In this document: one piece after another, positions 27,150 through 37,618 of the stretch
How the letters are laid out: the number at the start of each line of letters is the position of its first letter
Position numbering within the stretch: the first letter of the stretch is position 1
Assembly (NCBI GenBank): GCA_034932685.1
Contig: JAYFOM010000018.1
Span: 15,011-79,010, forward strand
Direction of reading: 5' to 3'
From: Erysipelotrichaceae bacterium
GTDB taxonomy: Bacteria > Bacillota_I > Bacilli_A > Erysipelotrichales > Erysipelotrichaceae
DNA: 64,000 bases
Made by a program: the position numbers and the translations under genes
Notes under the pieces: model-generated
Databases searched by the model: none
What the model saw: the letters and a program-made list of their open reading frames with translations, nothing else
Told to the model about the DNA's origin: nothing

Positions 27150-27679
27150 TATTTAATTCTCCCTAAGATCATACTTAAGATAAATGCACCAACAATAACC
27201 CATATCGTTGAGATTTTAACTAATAACAATATAACTAAAGTACCAACAAAAATAATAAACGTTATTTTATCAATGATACCACTTTTAACCATTTTGATAA
27301 CCGCATTGATGATAATAACTCCAACTGCGATTTGGATACCATTAAAAGCATGATTCAGTATTGGTAGTGTACTAAATCTTTGGATCAAACCTGCGATGAT
27401 TAAAATAATAATTATTGAAGGTGTCAAGATACCAGCCACTGCCGCTACTGCCCCTTTTATCTTATTAGTTTTATACCCGATGTAGGTAGCTGTATTAACC
27501 GCAATGATTCCTGGTGTACACTGACTGATCGCATAGTAATCCATCACTTCTACCATGCTTACCCAACCCTTTTTCTCAACAGCTTCTTTTTCCAAGATTG
27601 GCAACATCGCATACCCACCACCAAAGGTAGAAATACCAATCTTAAAGAAAGTACTGAATATATCCCAAAACATGTTCAT
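27149..27679 (-). CDS. chromate transporter family protein (short ChrA half)
   Basis: FGGGYAMLPILEKE and SQCTPGIIAVN motifs. 1-nt overlap with its partner. Confidence 0.8.
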   Translation of the reverse strand: MNMFWDIFSTFFKIGISTFGGGYAMLPILEKEAVEKKGWVSMVEVMDYYAISQCTPGIIAVNTATYIGYKTNKIKGAVAAVAGILTPSIIIILIIAGLIQRFSTLPILNHAFNGIQIAVGVIIINAVIKMVKSGIIDKITFIIFVGTLVILLLVKISTIWVIVGAFILSMILGRIK

Positions 27680-27942
27680 ACACCCTCCAATAATCTTTTA
27701 TCTGCCATATTTGATACTAACGGAAATAGATCATTATTTCAAGTATCACACTAATAGCACTTCATGTATTATAACTTTTTACCCTATTTTGTCCTAACTT
27801 TTTTTTGATAAGATTATTCTATTTTTTGTGCAACTAGTTTGTTTGATTTTGTAATTTTGATGTCTTATCATGAAATTAAAGAAGTGTGGATACTTGGTTA
27901 ATACTTTAATTAACCGAACCATCCCCCTAATGGAGGTATAAT

Positions 27943-28650
27943 ATGAAAAATGAGTATATCGCAACGGTAGTTAAACTTCTAACTGAAATTGAAGCCAAAG
28001 AAGAAGCAAACATCACCAAAGCTGCCGAATTAGTAGCTGATTCAATCATGAAAGGCGGTATCATGATCGCCTTTGGAAGTGGCCATTCCTTAGTCGGCGC
28101 AAAAGAAATCGTAAATCGTGCTGGCGGACTATTCGCAGCAAAAGCAATCAAAGATCCATCAGATGGTATCTTTGAACAGCTTGAAGGTTCTGGCAAAGCT
28201 TTGATCAAAAGAGTTGAAATTCTACCAGAAGATGTATTAATACTGATATCAAATTCCGGACGTAATCCCGCAAGTATCGAAATGGCGATTGAAGCCCAAA
28301 GAATCGGTGCTAAGATCATCGTTGTGACTGCTTTAAATGCATCAAAGAACCTAACATCCAGACATAGTAGTGGTAAAATGTTATATGAGTTCGCTGATGT
28401 CGTATTAGATTTACACTCAGTTGATGGTGACGCTGCCATTGCAGTTGAAGGAGTACAGGGTAAGATTTGTGGTACTTCAACCGTCGCAACCGTCGCATTA
28501 CTACAAAGTGTAGTGCTATATGCCGTTAAGATCATGGTAGCGAAGGGCTTTAATCCTCCAGTCAGAATTAGCGCTAATGTTGATTATGCTCCAGCCAATC
28601 GCAGTGCTGAAATTGAGAAACAATACGCTAGTCGTATCTATCGTATCTAG
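27943..28650 (+). CDS. SIS-domain protein (UPF0309-like)
   Basis: FGSGHS and ISNSGRNP SIS phosphosugar-binding motifs. SD ggagg. Confidence 0.75.
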   Translation: MKNEYIATVVKLLTEIEAKEEANITKAAELVADSIMKGGIMIAFGSGHSLVGAKEIVNRAGGLFAAKAIKDPSDGIFEQLEGSGKALIKRVEILPEDVLILISNSGRNPASIEMAIEAQRIGAKIIVVTALNASKNLTSRHSSGKMLYEFADVVLDLHSVDGDAAIAVEGVQGKICGTSTVATVALLQSVVLYAVKIMVAKGFNPPVRISANVDYAPANRSAEIEKQYASRIYRI

Positions 28651-28657
28651 TGATCTT

Positions 28658-28683
28658 GGGTGATCTAATGATCACCTTTTTTA
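28658..28683 (+). terminator. rho-independent terminator
   Basis: ggtgatc / taat / gatcacc followed by ttttttt, 8 nt after the stop. Confidence 0.75.
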
Positions 28684-28742
28684 TTTAGATATGTCATACG
28701 TATGAAAATCATATATAATAATAAAAAGAAAGAAGTGTTATC

Positions 28743-29777
28743 ATGAACTATATTGATTTAAGAAGTGATACGGTTACCCAACCAACTAAAGCCATGCGTG
28801 ATGCGATGTATGTCGCTGAAGTTGGCGATGATGTTTACCATGATGATCCCACAATAATTAAACTTGAAAAGCTCGCTGCTTCAATGCTTGATAAGGAAGC
28901 TGCTTTATTTGTGCCAAGTGGTACGATGGGTAATCAGATTTGTATCATGACTCATACCAAACGAGGTGATGAGATCATTACTAATGCGAATAATCATATC
29001 ATTGTTCATGAGTCTGGCGCTCTCGCTGTTTTATCGCAAGTAAATACTCATCAAATTCATAACGATACTGATATGATATATCCTCAAGATGTTAAAAACG
29101 GTTATCGTCCATATGATGTTCATGCTCCTTATACAAGTTTAGTATGTCTTGAAAATGCTTTAAGTAATGGAACCGTTGTACCACTGGCACTAATGCAAGA
29201 AACCTATAAAACAGCCCATGATCTGGGGTTAAAGGTTCATCTTGATGGTGCTCGTATCTTTAATGCGGCTGTTAGCTTAAACGTTGATGTAAAAGCGATC
29301 GCTGCTTGCGCTGATAGTGTCATGTTTTGCATATCCAAAGGCTTATGTGCACCAGTTGGCTCACTGATTTGTGGTGATAGAGCTTTTATTGAACAAGCAA
29401 AACGCAATCGAAAACTACTTGGTGGAGGTATGCGCCAAGCTGGATTCTTAGCCGCAAGTGGCTTAATCGCATTACAAGAGATGACAAAACGACTAGCTGA
29501 AGATCATCGTTTAGCACGTTATCTAGCAAGTGAACTAAAGCAGATAGCTAAGATTGATCTTGATATGAGTAAGGTACAAATTAATATGGTATTCTTTAAG
29601 ATCTATGATGATAAATTTGATCACAGTTTATTCTATCAATATTTATATACCAATGGAATTAAGATAAACCCCATTGATAATGGTTACTATCGCTTTGTCA
29701 CCCATCATGATGTTGATCAAGTAGCTATCGATAAAACCATCAAGCTAATCAAATCATTTATGAAAAAAGATATCTAG
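28743..29777 (+). CDS. ltaE: low-specificity L-threonine aldolase
   Basis: DLRSDTVTQPT, GDDVYHDDPT, SGTMGNQ and the PLP-Lys context CISKGL. Confidence 0.85.
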   Translation: MNYIDLRSDTVTQPTKAMRDAMYVAEVGDDVYHDDPTIIKLEKLAASMLDKEAALFVPSGTMGNQICIMTHTKRGDEIITNANNHIIVHESGALAVLSQVNTHQIHNDTDMIYPQDVKNGYRPYDVHAPYTSLVCLENALSNGTVVPLALMQETYKTAHDLGLKVHLDGARIFNAAVSLNVDVKAIAACADSVMFCISKGLCAPVGSLICGDRAFIEQAKRNRKLLGGGMRQAGFLAASGLIALQEMTKRLAEDHRLARYLASELKQIAKIDLDMSKVQINMVFFKIYDDKFDHSLFYQYLYTNGIKINPIDNGYYRFVTHHDVDQVAIDKTIKLIKSFMKKDI

Positions 29778-29792
29778 TCAGATATCTTTTTT
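29763..29792. terminator. palindrome shared by two convergent gene ends (possible bidirectional terminator)
   Basis: aaaaaagatatct (29763-29775) / agtc / agatatctttttt (29780-29792), a perfect 13-nt inverted repeat. The stem is AU-rich, so function is uncertain. Confidence 0.45.
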
Positions 29793-30569
29793 AATGATCA
29801 TATCAACTGCCTCAGCGAAGCTTTCAACCGCATAATCAGCTTCTTCAACAACCTCAGGATGACCATTTAACATTGCGAAACTAACATTAGCTTCATTAAA
29901 CATGGAAATATCATTAGGCGAATCACCAATCGCCGCTACTTGTTCTTTACGATATCCAAAGTGTTCAATGATCTCTTTAACTGTCTTTCCTTTATCAACA
30001 CCCTTAGCAGTAATATCGATCAATACCTTCCCTGATTGATGAATATCAAAATGATCACTGAAATTAGCTTTAATATCATCTATCAGATGATCAAAGGTTA
30101 AAGGATCATTATTAGAAATTAGAATCTTATTAATTGCGATAGTGTTATCTAATAAAGCATCCTTTAAACTGATTCTCATTGAAGTGTCGCTACTATTTTT
30201 TTGTGACAAACTATCATAGATATACTCAACACTATCATCACCACCAGCGTTAATAAGTATACGTGAATACTTGTTGACTAAGTATTCATACATTAAAAGC
30301 GCTTTATCTTTAGCGATATGATGTGACAGTATGATCTTATCATCAATGTATGCACTTGCGCCATTAGCACCTATTAGGTCAAAACTTAATTGATACTGTG
30401 CTAGTAACTTTTGAGTAAAACCAAGTATCCTTCCGCTTGCTATGATCAACTTGATATCTTGTTTTTGTAGCTTTGAGATCGCTCTTAAGTCTTCTTCAGT
30501 GATATAACTTTGACCATTAGCATGTGTTAACAAGGTATTATCAAGATCACTTATTACTAACTTAATCAT
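29778..30569 (-). CDS. Cof-type HAD-IIB phosphatase
   Basis: DLDNTLL motif I, ASGR motif II, GDSPNDISMF motif IV. Confidence 0.8.
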   Translation of the reverse strand: MIKLVISDLDNTLLTHANGQSYITEEDLRAISKLQKQDIKLIIASGRILGFTQKLLAQYQLSFDLIGANGASAYIDDKIILSHHIAKDKALLMYEYLVNKYSRILINAGGDDSVEYIYDSLSQKNSSDTSMRISLKDALLDNTIAINKILISNNDPLTFDHLIDDIKANFSDHFDIHQSGKVLIDITAKGVDKGKTVKEIIEHFGYRKEQVAAIGDSPNDISMFNEANVSFAMLNGHPEVVEEADYAVESFAEAVDMIIKKDI

Positions 30570-30642
30570 AAAATCACTCCATTTTCTTTTTTTATTATAT
30601 CATCTTGTTGCTTGAATAAAAGATAAAGGGCATAATTAAAGT

Positions 30643-31299
30643 ATGAAAGAACAATTACTAAACCTACCTGTTATCGTGGTTGCCGTTACTAAAAACCATA
30701 CTAAAGCCGAGATTTGCCAGCTTTATGATTTGGGCTATCGCATTTTTGCGGAAAGTCGAATCCAAGAACTGTTAACCAAAATCGATGTTTCTAAGCCAAT
30801 TATTTGGCATATGATAGGCCACTTACAAACCAATAAAGTTAAAACCGCTGTTACTTATTGTAGTATGATTCAATCAATCGATAGCTTGCATTTATTAAAA
30901 GCGGTTGATAATGAAGCCAATAAACAAAACAAGATAATGGAAGTATTGATCCAGGTCAACATAGCTAATGAAGATACTAAGTTTGGAGTTAATGAAAATG
31001 ACGTTTTAGACTTAATAAAACAAGCTAGTTCTTTATCAAACATCATGATCAAAGGCTTAATGGTTATAGGACCACATACTGATGATAAAGAAAAGATCAA
31101 GGAAGTCTTCATTAAGGCTAAATCACTTTATGATCACCTTAAGCTCCTTGATCAGATTAATGTTGATTTTAAATACTTATCAATGGGAATGAGCAATGAT
31201 TATCAGATTGCCCTTGCATGTGGTAGTAATATGTTAAGAATTGGTTCATTACTATTTAGCGATGATATTGATCAATCAAAAAATAACCACCCTAAATAA
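30643..31299 (+). CDS. YggS-family pyridoxal-phosphate homeostasis protein
   Basis: VVAVTK (PLP Lys), WHMIGHLQTNKVK, SMGMSNDY, LRIGSLLF. Confidence 0.85.
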   Translation: MKEQLLNLPVIVVAVTKNHTKAEICQLYDLGYRIFAESRIQELLTKIDVSKPIIWHMIGHLQTNKVKTAVTYCSMIQSIDSLHLLKAVDNEANKQNKIMEVLIQVNIANEDTKFGVNENDVLDLIKQASSLSNIMIKGLMVIGPHTDDKEKIKEVFIKAKSLYDHLKLLDQINVDFKYLSMGMSNDYQIALACGSNMLRIGSLLFSDDIDQSKNNHPK

Positions 31300-31610
31300 A
31301 TATATAGTAAGATAAACGCAACTCGATCAAAAGCCAATAAACTAAATACTTTATTAACAAAGGTAAATTGGAAATAACCCAGTTGATAGAATACTAAGTA
31401 ACTAAAAATAAAAGCGATGATCAACTTCTTGATCCAGGTCTTATATCTTCTTTTAGTTTGTAAACTAATACCAAAGGCAAACAACAACAAAGCTCTAACT
31501 AACAAAATTAGATCATTTTTACCAATTAGATCTTCAATGATGACAATTGTCCAACTGCCAACAATAATGATCAATAAGGCAATTAAATATTTATAGAAAA
31601 ACTTGTTCAT
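31272..31610 (-). CDS. hypothetical membrane protein
   Basis: 112 aa with 3-4 TM segments. Its 3' end overlaps the convergent yggS-like gene by 28 nt. Confidence 0.45.
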   Translation of the reverse strand: MNKFFYKYLIALLIIIVGSWTIVIIEDLIGKNDLILLVRALLLFAFGISLQTKRRYKTWIKKLIIAFIFSYLVFYQLGYFQFTFVNKVFSLLAFDRVAFILLYIYLGWLFFD

Positions 31611-32116
31611 TAGACTGCCTTCACTTTCTCATAACTATATCTGATCATACCACCAATATAAAATGCCAAGGGTGCGCTTATTGTGCTTAAAATCAAGATT
31701 AAATTCTGGGCATCTACTCTTAAACTAATGTTATTAAAAGCCAATGCATTTGGATAATTAATCATTACATAGTACATCCATGCATTAGTGATTATTCTAA
31801 AGCTTACCAAAATATAACATGTGGCGTAAAATACAACCATGATTAACATGAAAATAACACTTCCCCAAAGTAATCCTTTGTTCATACCAGTGATACTATT
31901 CTTTCCCAAGATGAAAAGATATCCAAGAAAACCATAAAGTGGCATCATGATCAATAATGACGATAAGACGAATATTTCAGGTTTTCCTTCCACATAAAGA
32001 AATCGTAATGGATGTGTCACACCAAACACCAAACCACTAAAAACTGATATCACAAAGTGTGACAGTATGATATTGATCAATGTATATGTGATGTTTTGCT
32101 TATACATTACTAACAC
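31610..32116 (-). CDS. hypothetical membrane protein
   Basis: 168 aa with about 5 TM segments. 1-nt overlap with the downstream ORF. Confidence 0.5.
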   Translation of the reverse strand: MLVMYKQNITYTLINIILSHFVISVFSGLVFGVTHPLRFLYVEGKPEIFVLSSLLIMMPLYGFLGYLFILGKNSITGMNKGLLWGSVIFMLIMVVFYATCYILVSFRIITNAWMYYVMINYPNALAFNNISLRVDAQNLILILSTISAPLAFYIGGMIRYSYEKVKAV

Positions 32117-32162
32117 TCCTAACCTTAGTATTATATAACAACTTTACGCAATCACCAAATAT

Positions 32163-32810
32163 TTACCATTTTGTGGTTAAACGCTTTTGATATTCTTGGA
32201 AAGAGTAGATACAACCACAGTATTGTTGTTGATAAAGCTTTAACTGCTTAGCTAATTGAGTTGCTTTATCACTACCTTTACCCTTTTTAAGATCAGCGAA
32301 TAGAAACTTTACATTTGGATACACTTTGCTTAATTCTTCACCAATTTGATTAATGACAACACTATCTTTTTGACGACTAATTGTCATGACTGTTGTCACA
32401 TAATCAAAATTATTACTTTGAGCATACTCAAATGCTTCAGTCATTCTAATACGATAACATAACCAACATCTTTCAGAGCGCTCACCTAATGCGCCATAAG
32501 GTGCTAATTTACGATTATAATCATTATTATCATATGCGGTGATAATTACTTTGATAGTTGTATTATTTTTCTGATTAAATGCTTTTGTATAATCTAAGAG
32601 TTCATCAAGGCGCAATTGATACTCTTCTTTTGGATATATATTACTATTATTAAAGTATAAAGTAAGATCAAAATATTCACTTAAGTATAACATTGGATAA
32701 CAGTTACAAGGCGCACAACAAGAGTGCAGCAATAAGGATGGCTTTTTTTCTGCCGCTTTTATCATCGCTAATGTTTGTAAACCTAATTGATAATAGTGAT
32801 CTTTTTTCAT
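32163..32810 (-). CDS. queH: epoxyqueuosine reductase QueH (DUF208)
   Basis: LLLHSCCAPC, CWLCYRIRM and YCGCIYS cysteine motifs. Confidence 0.85.
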   Translation of the reverse strand: MKKDHYYQLGLQTLAMIKAAEKKPSLLLHSCCAPCNCYPMLYLSEYFDLTLYFNNSNIYPKEEYQLRLDELLDYTKAFNQKNNTTIKVIITAYDNNDYNRKLAPYGALGERSERCWLCYRIRMTEAFEYAQSNNFDYVTTVMTISRQKDSVVINQIGEELSKVYPNVKFLFADLKKGKGSDKATQLAKQLKLYQQQYCGCIYSFQEYQKRLTTKW

Positions 32811-33831
32811 TAATAGATAAACATCGCATCTCCAAATGAGAAGAAACGATACCTTTCTTTGATAGCGTGTTGATAAGCATCTAAGATCAACTCTTTACCA
32901 GCTAATGCACTTACCATCAAGATAAGTGTTGATTCTGGCAGATGGAAATTAGTTATCATAGCATCAATTGCCTTAAACTCGTAACCTGGATAAATATAAA
33001 TATCAGTCATTCCTGAACTAGATTTAAAACTACCATATTTGTTAATGATTGTTTCTAATGTTCTGGTTGATGTTGTTCCAATACCAATAATTCTGCGCTT
33101 TTCTGTTTTGGCTTTATTTAATACCGTTGCTACTTCACTATCCATTATATAATATTCTTCATGCATTTTATGATCTAAGATATTTTCTTCTTTTAGTGGT
33201 TTAAATGTACCAAGGCCAACATGAAGGGTGATATCAACAACACTTACATTCTTAGCTTGTAGTTTATCAAATATCTCCGGGGTGAAATGTAGTCCTGCTG
33301 TTGGAGCCGCTGAGCTACCATTTATCTTGGCATATACTGTTTGATAGCGTTCTTTATCCTCTAGCTTTGTTGTAATATACGGTGGTAAAGGTATCTCTCC
33401 TAGATGATTCAATATCTCTAAGAAGACTCCTTCATAAAGCATCTTAAAATCTCTTAATCCCGCTTCTTTTACTTTTATACATTGGGCCTTTAGAATGCCA
33501 TCACCAAATACTATGATCGTACCCTCTTTTACAACCTTTGCATTACCAACTAAACATTCCCAAACATCATTTTCTTGTCTTAATAATAGTAACTCAACAT
33601 GGGCATTAGTTTGATGTTTATAACCAATAAGACGAGCTGGTATGACTCTTGAGTTATTACGCACAAGGATATCACCCGGCATTAAGTGATCAATGATATC
33701 GATAAACATCTGATCAGTATAAGACTTTGTCTTACGATTGACCACTAACATTCTTGAAGCACTTCGACTAGCTAGTGGTGTTTGAGCAATAAGTTCTTTT
33801 GGTAAATCAAAATAAAAATCCTGTTTGTTCA

Positions 33832-33832
<1 letters not shown>
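32810..33832 (-). CDS. queA: S-adenosylmethionine:tRNA ribosyltransferase-isomerase
   Basis: FDLPKELIAQTP, PLPPYI, GSSAAPTAGLHFT, GTTSTRTLE. Confidence 0.9.
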
Positions 33833-34983
<1,151 letters not shown>

Positions 34984-36819
34984 TTATTGATTCTCATCCT
35001 TTTCTCTTTGCATACTACGATAACTATTCTTTCTTTCGTATGCCTTTAGATATTTTTTACGCATTCTGATCGCGTCTGGTGTTACTTCAACTAACTCATC
35101 ATCACGAATATACTCAACCGCATTTTCCAATGTTAATAATCTTGGCGGTACTAAACGCATTGCTTCATCATTACCAGCAGATCTTACTGCTGTACCTTTT
35201 TTATTTTTTGTAGGATTAACATCCATATCCATGTCTTTATTACATTGACCAACGATCATGCCTTCATAAACCTTTGTTTGTGGTGTGATAAAGAAACTAC
35301 CATGATCTTGTAAATTGAAGATGGAATATGTCATTGCTACACCATCCGCATTAGAGATCATCACACCACTTGTGCGACTGTTAATCTCACCTTTATACTC
35401 TTGATATTCAAACAAGCTACGTACCATAATGCCATCACCACGTGTATCATTGATTAATTCGGTTTTATAACCAATTAAACCACGTGTTGGAACTAACCAA
35501 TGCATACTAACATAGTTATTTTCTTCAATCATGTCTAAAAGGACGCCTTTTCTAGCATTTAGTTTAGTCATGACTGAACCAATATATTCACTTGGCATAT
35601 TAATGATGACTTTCTCAATTGGTTCGGTTCTTTTATTGTCTTGATAATGGAAAATAACCTCAGGTTTACTAACCGCAAGTTCATACCCTTCACGACGCAT
35701 ATTTTCAATTAAGATTGTCAAATGTAGTTCACCACGACCCGATACTTTAAATTTATCAGTCGATTCTGTTTCTTCAACCTTTAATCCAACATTAACTTCC
35801 ATCTCTTTATACAAACGTTCTTTTAAGTTACGTGAAGTGATATACTTACCACTTTGACCAGCAAATGGTGAGGTATTAACTAAAAAGTTCATTGAAAGCG
35901 TTGGCTCTTCAATATGGATCATCGGTAACGCTCTTACATTATCAACTTCACAAATAGTTTCACCAATCGATATGTCATCAATTCCCGCAATGATCACGAT
36001 ATCACCACTATACGCTTCTTTAACAGCAGTTCTTTTTAAACCATCATATACATAAAGCTGTGATATGTTTCGCTTATCTGTTTTACCATTTCTACGGTAA
36101 ATACTGACTTGCTGATTCAGTTTAATAACACCTTCATATACTCTACCAATACCTAATCGTCCAATATAATCATCATAAGCCAATGAAGAAACCTGTAATT
36201 GTAATGGTTTTTGATCTAAATCAGGATACGCTTCAACATGCTCGATGATCGTTTCAAATAATGGTTCAAGTGATGTTGGCTCTTCTTGCATATTACGAAC
36301 AACAGCACCAGCTTTGGCTATACCATATAATATTGGAAAATCTAGCTGTTCATCGTTTGCCTTCAGATCCAAGAATAACTCATATACTAAATCTACAACT
36401 TCTTCTGCTCTTTGATCCTTCTTATCTATCTTGTTGATTAAAAGAATAGGTTTTAAACCTAATTCAAGTGCTTTGTGTAGTACAAATCTAGTTTGTGGCA
36501 TCGGTCCTTCGCTGGAATCAACTAATAAAATAACCGTATCAACAGTTTTGATGATACGTTCAACTTCACCAGAAAAGTCAGCGTGACCTGGAGTATCCAC
36601 GATGTTAATCTTGTAATCTTTATATTTGATCGAGCAATTTTTAGAATAGATCGTAATTCCTCTTTCTCTTTCAAGATCGTTACTATCCATTACTAACTCT
36701 GGTACATATTCATTAGCTCTAAATATCCCACTTTGATTCAAGAATGCATCGACTAAAGTCGATTTCCCAGCATCAACGTGTGCTATTACTGCAATATTGA
36801 TAATCTTCTGTTTACTCAT
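34984..36819 (-). CDS. typA: translational GTPase TypA/BipA
   Basis: AHVDAGKST, DTPGH and NKID G-motifs, with EF-G-like domains and the BipA C-terminal domain. 611 aa. Confidence 0.9.
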   Translation of the reverse strand: MSKQKIINIAVIAHVDAGKSTLVDAFLNQSGIFRANEYVPELVMDSNDLERERGITIYSKNCSIKYKDYKINIVDTPGHADFSGEVERIIKTVDTVILLVDSSEGPMPQTRFVLHKALELGLKPILLINKIDKKDQRAEEVVDLVYELFLDLKANDEQLDFPILYGIAKAGAVVRNMQEEPTSLEPLFETIIEHVEAYPDLDQKPLQLQVSSLAYDDYIGRLGIGRVYEGVIKLNQQVSIYRRNGKTDKRNISQLYVYDGLKRTAVKEAYSGDIVIIAGIDDISIGETICEVDNVRALPMIHIEEPTLSMNFLVNTSPFAGQSGKYITSRNLKERLYKEMEVNVGLKVEETESTDKFKVSGRGELHLTILIENMRREGYELAVSKPEVIFHYQDNKRTEPIEKVIINMPSEYIGSVMTKLNARKGVLLDMIEENNYVSMHWLVPTRGLIGYKTELINDTRGDGIMVRSLFEYQEYKGEINSRTSGVMISNADGVAMTYSIFNLQDHGSFFITPQTKVYEGMIVGQCNKDMDMDVNPTKNKKGTAVRSAGNDEAMRLVPPRLLTLENAVEYIRDDELVEVTPDAIRMRKKYLKAYERKNSYRSMQREKDENQ

Positions 36820-36885
36820 ATAAAAACCCTTCTTTTTTAGCGCAACTAATTATAACACTAATTGAACCATTAAGAAAGGATTTAA

Positions 36886-37569
36886 CTAATCAGTGATAAG
36901 TTCATCAACTATTTCATCATCAGGATACTTTTTCTCTTCAACTGTTGTTTGATTAGCGATAATACGCATTAGATCAACCAAAAATAATATCACGGTATTA
37001 GTTATACCAACAATAAATAGTGAAGCTATTACATCCGTAAAGTGACTAGCTCCTAAATATATCCGTGACGCACCTATTGCGACAATCAAAAAGCTATAAA
37101 TAACAATCAAAGTTATCTTAACAACATCATTCTTTATACTACGACCGACATGAAAGAAAACTAATCCATAAAATACAATAGCTAGACTTACATATTCACT
37201 TGGAAAACTGAATCCACTCAAAGCCACCATATGAATCCCTGAAGGTATTGGACGCATAACAAAATTCATATAACCATAATTAAATAGATAAGTGATCCCT
37301 GTCATAAAAATAACGTATAAACTATCTGATCTATTTCTATTTAATGCTAGTAAGATCATCGCAAAGGCTGTTATGACCAAAGGTGATCCTAACATCGTTA
37401 TTACCTGAACTATCAAAGTCATCTGCGCTGAGGCAAGGGCATTAATACTTGAATATATGATATTATCAAACGCATTAGCATGCTCATTAACTACTAAAAA
37501 AGTCATCACAAATAACCCAATAAATGATATTGCGAATATCAGTGCTCTTTTCTTTGATTCATCTTGCAT
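36886..37569 (-). CDS. PAP2-superfamily-like membrane protein with degenerate catalytic motifs
   Basis: 6-TM protein. SRIYLGASHFTDV resembles the SRx5Hx3D motif, but the His is displaced by one residue. PSGH is PSEY, and the KX6RP Lys was not found. Confidence 0.45.
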   Translation of the reverse strand: MQDESKKRALIFAISFIGLFVMTFLVVNEHANAFDNIIYSSINALASAQMTLIVQVITMLGSPLVITAFAMILLALNRNRSDSLYVIFMTGITYLFNYGYMNFVMRPIPSGIHMVALSGFSFPSEYVSLAIVFYGLVFFHVGRSIKNDVVKITLIVIYSFLIVAIGASRIYLGASHFTDVIASLFIVGITNTVILFLVDLMRIIANQTTVEEKKYPDDEIVDELITD

Positions 37570-37618
37570 TTAAATCAACTCCAAAATATATTATAACAGA
37601 AACATCGTTTAAATAAAA

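Noticed and set aside
27927-28535. 202-aa ORF on the minus strand, fully antisense to the SIS-domain gene
   Set aside because: The product is a low-complexity A/S/T/P-rich sequence with no start context or family resemblance. The plus-strand frame has clear SIS motifs and a strong SD. This is the typical shadow ORF of a GC-skewed codon frame.
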